DNA from: Antechinus flavipes
Taxonomy: Eukaryota
Direction of reading: 5' to 3'
Assembly (NCBI RefSeq): GCF_016432865.1
Contig: NC_067403.1
Coordinates: 40,858,001 to 40,922,000 of the forward strand
DNA length: 64,000 nucleotides
Positions 51,552 through 64,000 of this stretch are shown piece by piece (within the stretch, counting starts at the first letter, position 1; the number at the start of each line of letters is the position of its first letter). The position numbers were made by a program, and so were the translations under genes. Under the pieces are notes generated by a model. The model did not search any database. It was not told where the DNA came from and worked only from the letters and a program-made list of their open reading frames with translations.

Positions 51552-53442
51552 GCTCCCATGAATTCCAATACCTTTCTCCCTGTCTCTGATTCTGTCTCCC
51601 TCTGACTCAGTTTCCCTCTTTTTGTCTTTATCTCTGTTTCTGTCTCTCTGTCTTTGTCTGTCTATATTTCTTCTGTTTCTGTCTTCCTTCTGCCTTTCTG
51701 TCTCCCTCTTTTTGTCTTTATCTCTATCTCATTATGATTATATAATAAATTGTCTCTGACAAGCTAATGTCAAAAACAAAGTACTGAGTTTTTCTTTTGT
51801 AATAATAGGGGGGAAAGATCCTAAATAGGGGAAATATTGGGAATAGGAATGACTATCATTTGGATCCCGGCTAAATACTGGGGGCACACATAGGAAAGAA
51901 GCTCACTTTCAAATTGGAGGTTATACTATATACAAGAAGTTCCAGATTCAGGACAGTTGGCAAGGTCCAGGAGTCCATAGAATATAATAGAAGCATCATT
52001 TAGAAAAAAGGAAATTAGATTGAAAAGGTAGATTAGAGCCAAATGGTTGCATGTCTGAATGCCAAATGATGATCTAATATATTCTTTTCAAAATCCCTAC
52101 CTTTTTCATCAGCATAGTCTTTGCTTTTCTTTTTTTCCTTGCTTCTCAGATTTTCATTAGGGTTACCTCAGCGTTACCACATGTGCTACAACATAATTTA
52201 AAATATACTTAGGATTTGCAAAGAGGAATCATTGAATTAAATGTTTCTTTCAGCCTTGTGAAGTCATCATTGTTGCTGATTATCAGTCCATTTAAAAATC
52301 AAACCCTCTATACTCCTTCAATCTTGTTTTTAGTCAACCAACACCAATTATCAACATTCAAGGGTTAAGGGAAGATGCTCCCAGTCATTGTGCTCTTGGA
52401 ATTAAAGATTATCGATTTTGTTGACCTTGAATCCTTTGTAGTCTAATTTGAGAACCAGTTCCCAATAGGATCGTTGGGAGCTGGCCAGAGGCTTTTTAAA
52501 ACATCTGAGAAATTTCTTAGTATCTGTGAGGATCTTTTCTTTGCTCCTATAAAAAAAAAGAATTATCCAGCTCTCAACTGGCTGCTCTGGTGCTAGCATG
52601 GAGGAAATCCAAAGTTCTGAAGGAACTGAATACTTAAGGAAAATTAATGTCTTTTAAGACCAACTCGGCTTCCCCAGACTCAGAAACCAAAAGTAGGACA
52701 TGGGACAACTTGCATTCATTTAATTTTCTTCCTTTCACATTTACTAAGCACAAACTTTTATCTTCCTTTTCTTTTCAGTCAGTCACTTTAAAAGTATAAT
52801 CAATAGGCTCTATCATCTTTAGATCCTTATGGACTTAGATTCAAATCATGGAGACTTTTAATGGTAAGTCACCTATTTTGACTCATTTGTCCCTACCCAC
52901 TTTGAATACTGGAGACTTTAGAAAATAATTCAGGTCTAGATATTCAGTTCCTTGCTATATTAATGGATCCAGGCAAAGAATAGCACTGGAAAAGTTTTTA
53001 AAAATCTATCTACATAGATCTATTTATCTCTCTATTTCTCTATTTTCCAAACTCTTCTCAAATCTCTATCTTTTCACTCCTGGTCTCAGAGGCAGCTCTT
53101 GACTTCCTTCAGCTTTAAGCAATTCTTACTACTTCCTATTACTGTTTCCTCCATGATTCCAGCCTAGCTCTCTGTCTTTCTTTGGGTTTACAAATTTCAG
53201 CAGAAATCTCTATCAGATTTCCACTTTATTGGTAAGCAAAAATCTCTTGAGGGGCTTTCATCAGTAATTTTTTTTTTTTTTTTTTTTTTGCTGAGGCAAT
53301 TGGGGATAAGTGACTTGCCCAGGGTCACACTTTTTTTTTTTGAAGTGTTAAATGTCTGAGGGCAGATTTGAACTCAGGTCCTCTTGACTGCCTTCATCAG
53401 TCTTGATAGGAAATCCCCTTGACTGTCTTTCTCCCTCCCACA

Positions 53443-53504
<62 letters not shown>

Positions 53505-55007
53505 CCCTACCACTACACAAATATATAGATTAAGTGAGACTCTCATTCCTAATCAAAAAAGGAAAAAGCAAGGACTGTACCCAGAACAACCCTGTACTCC
53601 AATAACCATCCAGTTATGGAAAAACAAACAAACAAACAAAATACAAAATAAATGGGAAAAAAGAATGGAAACAAAACAATCATCCAGCTACAAAAGAATA
53701 ATGCTATAGTTGACTTTTTATTTGTAATTTGGCAGTAGTTGGCACAGATTGTGATCTAAAAGTATAACTTTTGAAACCTCGGTATCTCCTGCTTCTGTAT
53801 AAACATTCTAGGCAGTGAGTACAAATTGAATATGGGATAACTTTTATTTCATTCCAAAAAATAATGTGCAATGGTCTCATAAAAGCCCATGAACAAACAT
53901 GAAAATCACATAAACTCCCCCTTGAATAGAACTGAGCTTTGGTCTGCTCTTGGGCACAGGCTTTGACATCCCATTTTTTTCCCAGAATCTCCCTAAAATT
54001 CAGAGTACCTCCATCTGATTTAGTCTCCCCTGAAAGGTAAACATACTGTAGTAGTTGCTGAAAAAAGAAACTCCTTTTGAATTATATCTTATTTGAGTAA
54101 TTCATTACAATAGCAGAGATAACACATCCCTATCTCTTCCTCCAATTCTTCCCTCCCCATAATGTAGCTTTATTTCTTTAGTTTTATGGGCTACTTTGAT
54201 AATTCTCTATTTCCACCAAGAATGTGAGATCCAAAAACATGGGGCCCAATAATCCCATACATATACCTGCTTCTGCTATGTGCTTCATTAGGAAATCTAA
54301 TAGTTCTCAGCTGCTACCCTCATTGCATAAGGGAGTACCCCTTACTACTCCATCTCTGGTCTAGGTCTAGAAAAACAACAAAAGAGCAGAGAGAAGATGC
54401 TCAGTTATTTGAGATCAAGGAGTACTCCTTTGGGCCATCTGGAAAGCATATAACATACAAATTATCTTTAACTGCACTTGGAGAAAGTGGAGAGGGAGGG
54501 AAGAAATTCCCTCTCCTCCCTTGCTATAACTCTGGAAGAAGACACAAGGGAAAAGGCAAAAAGAGAGTTTCGGAGTGAACCAACCTGTCAGCTTGTTTTT
54601 ATGGACCTTAGAAAGCAGGTAACTCCTTTGACAAGAATCCAAACTCTTAAGCCTCAGTTAGCCAAGTATCGGGAGTTCCCAGGCTGGCAGGGCAGGGGCA
54701 GGCTTCCCCTAGGCAAGCAGGAAAGGTCACCTTCCATGGGGAGGTGTCCCTCAGAGGCCTTCAGACAAAAGCCCCACACCCTGTAATTTCATCAAGTTGA
54801 TTAGGAAGCTCGTCCAATTAGTGAGGGACTCCCCTACCCAAACTTCCTCTTTCCTTACTGATGAAAAACCACATAACTTATTCACTCGCCTCCAGTGTCT
54901 CGATGTCTGGAGTGGGCATGAGTCAAATAATAATGATAATTAATAATAATAATAGTATTTCATACCACTTTTAGGTTTGCAAAGTGCTTCACAAATATTA
55001 GCTCCCC

Positions 55008-55328
55008 TGGGAACTGCTCTAACTATTCTGGAGAGCAATTTGGAACTACGCCCAAAGGGCTGCCCAACTGTACATACCCTTTGACCCAGCAGTGTTTCTA
55101 CTGGGCTTATATCCCAAATAGAACTTAAAGGAGGGAAAGGGACCCACATGTGCAGAAATGTTTGTGGCAGCCCTCTTTGTAGTGGCAAGAAACTGGAAAC
55201 TGGGTGGATGCCCATCAGTTGGAGAATGGCTGAATAAATCGTGGTATATGAATGTCATGGAATATTATTGTTCTGTAAGAAATAATCAGCAGGATGATTT
55301 CAGAGAGGCCTGGGGAGACTTAGATGAG
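55008..55328 (+). mobile_element. L1 ORF2 C-terminal fragment, relatively young
   Basis: Translates ...IWNYAQRA..LYIPFDPAV.LLGLYPK*...MFVAALFVVARNWKLGGCPSVGEWLNKSWYMNVMEYYCSVRN, typical of the L1 ORF2 end; truncated at both sides. Confidence 0.9.
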
Positions 55329-55645
55329 GGAAAGAAAAGCTTTTCCACTGGACTGAGTCAGAGCTAAGTCTTACTGCCGGCTGTAGTGAGGAGGCAGTAA
55401 GTCTCCAGGAAGGGTTATGCCAGTGGACCTTCTCTCCCCAGCAGGGTTGGGATAAAGCCATGAGCTCATACCCCTGCTGTTGCTTTTTTATGTCTATTAT
55501 TTCCTTCCTTTTGTGAAGGAATATTAGAAATGGAACAGGGCAGGCTGTGACCTTCCAAAATCTGGAAGCTCCTGGGGCCCAAGAATTTGGCCAGAAAGCC
55601 AGGCGTGATGAGGAGTGAAATTCTGAGTGACTTGACCCAGCCTTA

Positions 55646-55684
55646 CAATGGAACTACACAATGGAACTACACAATGGAACTACA
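55646..55684. repeat. 13-bp unit CAATGGAACTACA, three exact tandem copies
   Basis: Read directly. Confidence 0.95.
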
Positions 55685-57949
55685 CTGGAGGACTTATCTG
55701 TCTCTTAGATACTACTTTTGGAAGTGAACTTGATGGAGCAAATGTTTTGCGGCAATCCCTTTAAGTTGGAGTCTATGCTCCCCAAAATTTGAGGTGGAAT
55801 AGGGAAGCATGTACCGCCTGATTTGTATTTCTGTTCTTGATATATTCCCCAGAAAATATCCCTTTACAAAAGCTAGTTGGTCTAAATTGATTAAATGTTA
55901 TTGTTTTTTAGTTGTGACTCTATTTTGGGTTTTCTTGGCAGAGATACTGGAGTGATTTGCCATTTCCTTCTCATATTACAGGTGGGGGAACTGAGGCAAA
56001 CAGTTTAAGTCACACAGCTAGCAAGCATCTGAAGTCAGATTTGAATTTAGGAAGACGAGTCTCCCTGACTTCAGACTCAGCACTACATCCACTGAACCAC
56101 TTAGCTGCCCCTTGGTTAATCGATTCTGCAGCTGTAATCACTAGCAATTAATATTAAGAAAAATTCCAGAATAGGGGCTCAAGCCAAAGGTAGAAAAGAC
56201 ACACCTTAAGCCCCCATGGGTACTTTAGAATTTTTGGAGATGACACATTGCCTGTTCTGACAACCTGACTTGTCAATAAGAAGGAGAATTGAGATAAGGC
56301 CCCCAAAGGCTGCGAAAAGCAGTAACTTCATTTCTCACTTGACTAGTTTGTCATTGGACCTCTTCATTTTCGCCGTGAACAGAAGAGTCCTTGGGGGATT
56401 ATCATGCAACAGTTAAAAGAGCTACTCTGTAATTGCTGTAGGATTGGGCAGAGATGGAGAACCAATACCTTTCCAAAAGGAACCAAAGGCATTTTACAGG
56501 AGGGAAAACTCATGATCAGAAAAGGTGAATCTTGTATTAGGGGCAGCATTTGAATCTTACCCAGCTGGTACAGCAGAGAGAGTACCCGGTCTAGAAACAG
56601 GAAGATCTGGCTGGGCAAATCATTTAACCCTGTTTGCCTCAGTTTTCTCAAATATAAAATGAACTAAAGGAGATAATGGCAGACTAGTATCTTTGTCCAA
56701 AAAAAAAATCCCCCCAAAACCCTAAATAGAGCCACAAAGAGTCAGAAACACTAAACAAGAACAATTTACCAGCTCCTAGTCAGTATGCTATATTCCCCCT
56801 CATTCCAGCTCTCCATGCTCAATGAACACCTCTAGAGGGACTAGGAAAGAGTATCCCAGCCTTCCTCTGGTTTGGACTTAATCCTCCTTGTCATATATCA
56901 GGACAGCAAGAGTTTCTTTTCCCTATATCTATCTGTGTATAGTCCTCATTTTAAGTTTCCCTCTCAGCTATGAATTAGAATGGAAGGGGTAGACAGTCTC
57001 CTTCCAGCTGTTTTTATGGTATCAATCCTGAGCAGAATAATGTATCTTTTAAGACAAGGGTCTTCTTTAGAGTGAGGAGACAAGGGTGACTATGCGTGTG
57101 CACCTGTTCACACACTCAGTCCTTTCCCAGAACTCTCTCAAAATCCTGAGAATGACTGATTTAAAAGGATAGTTATTCATATTCAGTTATTTTCCTGTCC
57201 TTCCAAATGGGGAAAATTCAAAAAGAACCACAACCTACTTTCTTATTAGATTTGGTTTTAAATAACATTCTTTTTTCCTCTTAGGAAACTAGTAGTTTTC
57301 CTTGAAGTACTCTAAAATGGCACAATTGTTCCATAAGCTTACTATCCAAAAGTCTTTAAATATATGTCTTTCTCTCTCTTTATTAATTAGCATCAGAAAT
57401 GGTCACTAATTTCTTTTGTGTTTCCTAAATCCTGGAGATTTTTATTTGTTCTCTTCCAGTCTCCCTGAGCATTTAAAAAAAATCACTTTTTAATTTGACC
57501 CAATTCTCCATGAGTTGTTTCAGACAAAGCCATCATCAGTTAAATCCGACAATACCAGCTTCCATATTGCCTCTGCCTGGCCTATGAAGCGGGACTTGCT
57601 TGTGTCAGCTCTGATATGATCTTCCAATGCAGAAAAAGAATCTACGGATGAAGGGCAGGATTTCCATCAGCTAGTGGGAGCCATTAGAAGTTGAGGGAAG
57701 ATGGCTGGGAATCCTGAAAAGGAAGTGGAAGGAAGGGAAGTCTCAGAATGCTTAAAGGTTATCTATCAACTTGCACTTGAGCTTTAGGTAGATCTTGGAC
57801 TAGGGGACCTCAAAGGTCTCACTACTATTTCCTAGTCCAAATTATTTTACAGATGAGGAAACTGAGGGGGTGAAGTGATATGTCCAGAGTTTCACAGTGT
57901 CTGAGGCCAGATTTGAGCTCAGGAAGATGAGTTTTCCTGACTGTAGTTT

Positions 57950-58487
57950 TATTTTTATTTTTTTTTAAAATATAATTATAACTTTTTATTGACAGAACCC
58001 ATGCCAGGGTAATTTTTTTTACAACATTATCCCTTGCCCTCACTTCTGTTCCTATTTTTCCCTCCCTCCCTCCACTCCCTCCCCCAGATGACAAGTAGTC
58101 CTACACATGTTGAATAGGTTACAGTATATCCTAGATACAATATATGTTTGCAGAACCGAACAGTTCTCTTGCTGAACAGGAAGAATTGGATTCAGAAGGT
58201 AAAAATAACCTGGGAAGAAAAACAAAAATGGAAGCAGTTTACATTCATTTCCCAGTGTTATTTCTTTGGGTGTAGCTGCTTCTGTCCATCATTGATCCAT
58301 TGAAACTGAGTTAGGTCTTTTTGTCGAAGAAATCCACTTCCATCAGAATACATCCTCATACAGTATCGTTGTTGAAGTGTATAATGATCTCCTGGTTCTG
58401 CTCATCTCACTTAGCATCAGTTCATGTAAGTCTCTCCAAGCCTCTCTGTGTTCATCCTGCTGGTCATTCCTTACAGAGCAATAATAA
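57950..58487 (-). mobile_element. L1 3' end (ORF2 tail, 3' UTR, A-rich tail) abutting a Mar1/MIR core
   Basis: Reverse strand reads ..cagcaggatgaacacagagaggcttggagagacttacatgaactgatgctaagtgagatgagcagaaccagg.. through to the T-rich tail near 57950. Confidence 0.85.
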
Positions 58488-61400
58488 GGAATTTATTAAG
58501 GATAGAATTAGACCCTGTTGATTTCATGCTGCTCCTCTCCTCCACTCCATATCTCACTGAAAATGGCCTGTTGGATCTCTTGCATCTCCGTGCCTTTGAA
58601 GAGACTGTCTGGAATGCCGTCCCTCCTAACCTTTACCTCTTGGAAATTCCATTGAAATCTCAGTTCAAGAGGGCTCTCTGGAATTCCCCACTGACCTCTG
58701 CTCCTGCCCCAAATGACTTAATATTTATTTTGTTTTTGTTTGCCTATTTACATGTTGTTCCTCTCTGATAAAATGAAATTTAAATAAGGCAGAGATTTTT
58801 TTCTCTGTATAGGTAACCCAGCTTTGCAATCCTTGACTACCTAAAATGCTGGTACCCACCGAGAGAGGCCAGGAGCCAGCTTCTGGGACAAGACCCTCTT
58901 CCTTCCTCTACTCTGGTAAGAGCCTTTTTTGAATGGCTATGAACAGGTTACACCTTTGACACAGCCAGACCCAGCCAGTCTTGCTCTCTTTCCAGAGACA
59001 TGCAGGAAAGGGGAAGGTCCTGTTCACCCACAGCATCAGCCCCGTGATCCAATGGACTACTTCTCACATCCCCAGGTTTTAGGGCCCTCTGGTCCTGACC
59101 AATGGCCTGGTAACTTGTTGAAGGAATAAATGAATGACCACTCAGAAATCAGCAGTCTACTTATTCAGTGAAGCCCTCAAAAAGCCCTCAAGAAGGAAGA
59201 ACATTTTGTCCCTCATTGACTTGATTGGGTTCAAATCTAAAACTCAGAGGTCAAAAGAACTTGCTGTACCCCAGTGTCACCAATTCCCCTTTCAGGGCTG
59301 GCAGAACATGTTCAGAATTCACTTCGACACATAGGATGTTGTCTGGGGAAACTTAAATACAGCCTGGGTGTTAATTAAATTTCGAGTGTGTCAACCAGAT
59401 CTGTTGGCGGGAGAGGGAGAGGTGTGAGGGGGAACTAAAATAAGGCACCATATCTCATCTAAAAATCAAAACCACAATCACATCCTTCTCCACCCCCTCC
59501 AAAAGATAAAAGCAGCAGAATCGCACAAAGGAGACAAGCCAAGTTTAAGGCTCCCAGCAAGAGCAGTTTTAGCATAAATCATTCAGGAGAATGTGGGAAT
59601 TAGCACAAAGTAAATGGCAAGAAATGGCATGGAGGCCGGAGGCAGGGTGGATGGAGTCCGCCTTCCTCACACAGCTCTGTGTGCCCGCTGGAATTGAGAC
59701 TTAGGATGTTCTGGAGATCTCTTCCTACTTCCAGACCTTTAAATCTGATGCTGATGAGATGGCAAAGGTGCCAAAAAACAGAGATTACAGATGCCAGAGG
59801 GAGTCTGGGAAGGCAGCGACTGTTGGTAGAGCTATGAACTGATCCAGCTGTCCTAGAAAATAATCTGGAATTAGTCATTAAACTGTATGTACCCTTTGAC
59901 TCAGTGATACCATAACTAGGCACACAATCCAGGGGACTAATGATGAAAAAAAAAGGCCTGTGTACACTAAAATATTTCCTATGGGCTTCTTTGTGTTAGT
60001 ATAGAATTGAAAGTGAAGAGGATACATATCCATTGGTCATCCATGGGGATGTGAATATAATGGAATATTGCCATGTTAGAAGAAATAACAAACCCGAAAA
60101 CTTCAGAAAGACCCGGGAGGACTTGTCGAAATAGATGCAGAGTGAAGTAAGCAGAGCCAGAACTATTTGCACAAGGATCTCAATAATAGAAAAGAAAATA
60201 ATATTACAAAATATCACAACTCTGATCGATTCAGTGGCGTCAGAGGCTGACGGTGAGACTTGTCAGCCACAGCCAATGTTTTGTTTTGTTTTGTATTTAT
60301 CAGAGAGGGTTCTGTTTGGCCTTCTGCTTGGAATTATGGCAGTTATCATGGAAAGAGATCATATATTGTTTAAAAGCATTGACAATTCTTTGTCTTCTCC
60401 ACTTTCTTCTTGTTCTTCTTGTTCATCTCCTCCTCCTCCTTCTCTTTCTCCTCCTCTTCTTTCCNNNNNNNNNNNNNNNNNNNNNNNNNNNNNNNNNNNN
60501 NNNNNNNNNNNNNNNNNNNNNNNNNNNNNNNNNNNNNNNNNNNNNNNNNNNNNNNNNNNNNNNNNNNNNNNNNNNNNNNNNNNNNNNNNNNNNNNNNNNT
60601 CCTCCTCATCTTTCTCCTCTTCCTCCTTCTCTTTTTCCTCTTCCTCTTCTTCCTCCTTCCAGAATTTGGTTGGATATTAATATAATAATAATAATAGTAT
60701 ATAAAGATTATTTTAAGGTTCGCAAAGCACTTTATTACTGTGTTATCTCATGATTCTTGATAATCCCACGAGGAAAGCACCATTTTCCAGACAAGGAAAC
60801 TGAGGCAAACAGCGTGATTTGCTCAGTAAATCTCTGAAGCAGAATTTGATTGCTGATCTTCCTCATTCCACATCTAGCACTTTATCTTTTACCTCATTAG
60901 GAGCTGAGAATGTTTGACTTGGAGAAGAAAAGACTTGGGAGAGCCATGATGTCTACTTTCAAGTATTTGGAGGGTTATCATGGAAGAGAAGGATTTGCTT
61001 TATTTTGTTTGGCTGCAGAAGCCAGAACTAGGGACAGAGGGAGGGAGCTGGGTTGATGTTGGGGAAAAGCTTCCTAACAATTAGAGCTGTCCAAAAGTGA
61101 AGCATAATAATTCAGCAAATATTTGTGGATGCCTATTCTGTTCAAGGCACTGTGCCAGGCATTTGGAATACAAAGATAAAAAAAGAAATAGTGCCTAAAT
61201 ACTGAGCTCAGGAAACAGTCGGTGGAGCTGTTTTGGTAGAATATATCATATGTAACAAGTGAGATGATAAAGTGCTGAAAAAGTTGGAGCCAGATCATGA
61301 AAGGACTTAAGTAAGTGTCAAGCTGAAGACTCCATTTTTATTTGCTAGGAAATAGAGATCCACTGAAGTTTACAGATCAGGGAAGTGATATGGTCACATA

Positions 61401-64000
61401 TCATTGATCTGAGGGGAATTTTAATTTTTTCCTTTTCATTATTATGAGCCTGAGAAACAACAACAAAAACCATTTCCTTATACAAAGAAGAGAAAAAGTT
61501 ATGAATCTCTATTATATATACCTTTATGGAATTTTTTTTTATATTTCAAGTTTACTGTCCTGCTTCTCTCTTCTGAACTTTTTCTCTTCTCTATATTAAA
61601 AAAATAATCAATTGATGTTCATTTCTTTCAGGAAAATTAACTTGGTAGCTGTGTGGAGGATAAATTAGAAACAAGGAAGCTATATTAACAACAGCTCATT
61701 CAAGAGATAATAAAGGCATTATCAAGGGTCCAACTGTTAGATATGTTGCTAAGATAAAATCAAGAGCACTTGGTAAATGATTGAATAAAGGACTAAGGAG
61801 TGCTAAGTGAATAGAACACTGGATCTAAATTCAAATTCAGCAAGTCCCTTAAGGTGTCTTCCTTAGTGTCCCCATCTATAAAATATAAATTATAATAGCA
61901 CCTAAGTCCTAGGACTGTTGTGAAGATCAAACTAATATTCGTAAAGCTCTTTGAAAATCTTAAAGTGCTACATGATTATCACTGTTATGATTATGATTCC
62001 AAAGCTGTGGATGGGGATGAGTTAGATGAAGTTCATTCCCCATGCATGGATCTGTTTACATATTTGTTTGTTTGTTTTTAAAGTGTGTTCTCCCTAAGCA
62101 AAGGGTAAGTGATCCCTCATCAGGAATACTGTAGGGAGGATTCTTTTTAGTTAAAGCTTGAATTAAAAGACTTCTGAATTCCTTTCCAACTGTGATTTTT
62201 TTTTTTTTGTTGTTGTTGTCTTTCTACTTCTTGCTTATTAAAGAGATTTGGCTCCATGGGGAGCATTATGGGAGCTTGGGAAATGAGGGGGATAAGAAGG
62301 GGAAGAGAGTCATAAGGAAGATTGGGCTCAAGGTTTGCTGTATCTGGCAAATACAAAGTGTGGGCAGGAGCAGTGTTTTAAATCATGGTAAATGAAAGTA
62401 TTTTAGCATGAACATTGGCTGCAAACCTTGCCTTGGAACTGTGGATACAGAAGCACGAAGCTATGCAACCTTTCTCAGAGACATTTATTATCACTCTTAT
62501 ATTTGATGGAATCCTTTGTTAAACCGTGTCCATATGTGTACTTTTTGTTGTGTCCACCCTCTTTCTCCAAGGACTGTAGCATTTGTATTTGGACTGCATC
62601 CCTCGGAGATGAGGGAGACTCCTAAATTTGTTGGCGAATGATTAGGAAACATATTCAGAGATTTATTATAGCTATTCATGATCACAGACTGCCTTTACGG
62701 TAAGGAACAATTTGGACTACCATCCTCTTCTTAAGTTTTCTATTCTTCCAACTCATCATTTACCAGACACATAAAGTATCCAAATGAAATAGTAATTGCT
62801 TCTTTCTTTCTTTTCTTTTCTTTTTCTTTCCCCCCTCCTCCTCTTCANNNNNNNNNNNNNNNNNNNNNNNNNNNNNNNNNNNNNNNNNNNNNNNNNNNNN
62901 NNNNNNNNNNNNNNNNNNNNNNNNNNNNNNNNNNNNNNNNNNNNNNNNNNNNNNNNNNNNNNNNNNNNNNNNNNNNNNNNNNNNNNNNNNNNNNNNNNNN
63001 NNAAACTTTGGCAAAAAATGAATTAGAATTTGCTTTTGGATAAGCCTTTTGGATAGTTCTTTTAAAAAGGCATTTCCACCCAATTGCTGATTGAACAATG
63101 GCAGGTAGAATCAAAATGGAATGTTTAGGTTCAATTCCCCTGGAAACAATCTTCATTTAGATAAGTAAAGTTCTCTTTAAAAATTTTCCTTCTTGAATTT
63201 TTTTTGTGAGGCAATTGAGATTTTGTGACTTGCCCAGAGTCATACAGTTTACAAGTGTCAAGTGTCTGAGATCGTATTTTTAATTTTTTTTTAAATTTTA
63301 AAGCTTTTTATTTTCAAAACATATGCATGGATAATTTTTCCTTGCATATCCTTGTGTTTCAGATTTTCCCCTCCTTCCCCCTATCCTCTCCCCTAGATGG
63401 AAGCAATCCTACATATGTTATACATGTTAAAATATATGTGAAATCAAATATGTGTAAACATATTTATATAGTTCTCTTGCTGTACAAGAAAAACCAGATC
63501 AAAAAAGAAAAGTAAATGAGTAAGAAAACAAAAGGTAAGCAAACAACAGCAAAAAGAGCGAGAATGTTATGTTGTGGTCCACATTCATTTTCCACAGTCC
63601 TCTCTCTGGGTGTAGATGGCTCTCTTTGTCACAAGATCATTGGAAATGGCATCGGTCACTGAGATCATATTTGAACCTAGAGCCAGTCATCTACCCATTT
63701 GTGCTATCTAGCTGGCCCCTCTTGCATGTTTTTTTTTTTTTTTTTAAGAAAAAAAAATCTTTATCAAATTTACCTCACATTGAGCAATTTCTAATTTCCA
63801 CTTTGAATCAAAAAATCCTTGTGGAACAGTACTTCTCACCCTTCCCCACCTTTCCCCTACCTTAGTCATGTACAAGTCACTGTTGTCTCAGAATCACAAA
63901 ACCTCAGAGTTAATCGGAAATTCAAATACCATCTAACAAAAGTTCTAGGTGTCCAAGAATCCCTTATTTTAGTTTTCCCCCAACAAGTGAGCATCTCCAC

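Noticed and set aside
34400-64000. Neighbouring genes expected from eutherian synteny (SPINK2, REST)
   Set aside because: No Kazal cysteine pattern or zinc-finger exon recognised; the region appears intergenic, though very short exons could be missed.

Overview
Eukaryotic (mammalian) genomic DNA, AT-rich and repeat-dense, with seven short N gaps, several beside simple repeats. The repeats (WSINE1-like and Mar1/MIR SINEs, an OC1-type hAT MITE, RTE-derived and marsupial-type L1 ends) point to a marsupial, probably a dasyurid. The only protein-coding gene I can support is HOPX (minus strand): its 144-nt ATG exon is at 8452-8595 inside a CpG island. I found no final coding exon, so it should lie left of the window. 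Upstream (to the right) are three candidate non-coding first exons or promoters (donors at 8989, 29420, 33826) and a possible cassette exon (19455-19564). A 5'-truncated processed RAD23A pseudogene lies at about 12752-13367. The rest is intronic or intergenic: LINE, SINE and DNA-transposon fragments, two structured minisatellites and microsatellites. I found no new multi-gene system, CRISPR array, tRNA or rRNA gene. The most interesting signals are HOPX 5' architecture (uORF versus N-terminal extension), a divergent HOPX homeodomain, a SINE-derived consensus CTCF motif, an OC1-type MITE and minisatellites with visible origins. Repeat-family names and human protein comparisons come from memory, not database searches, and repeat boundaries are approximate.
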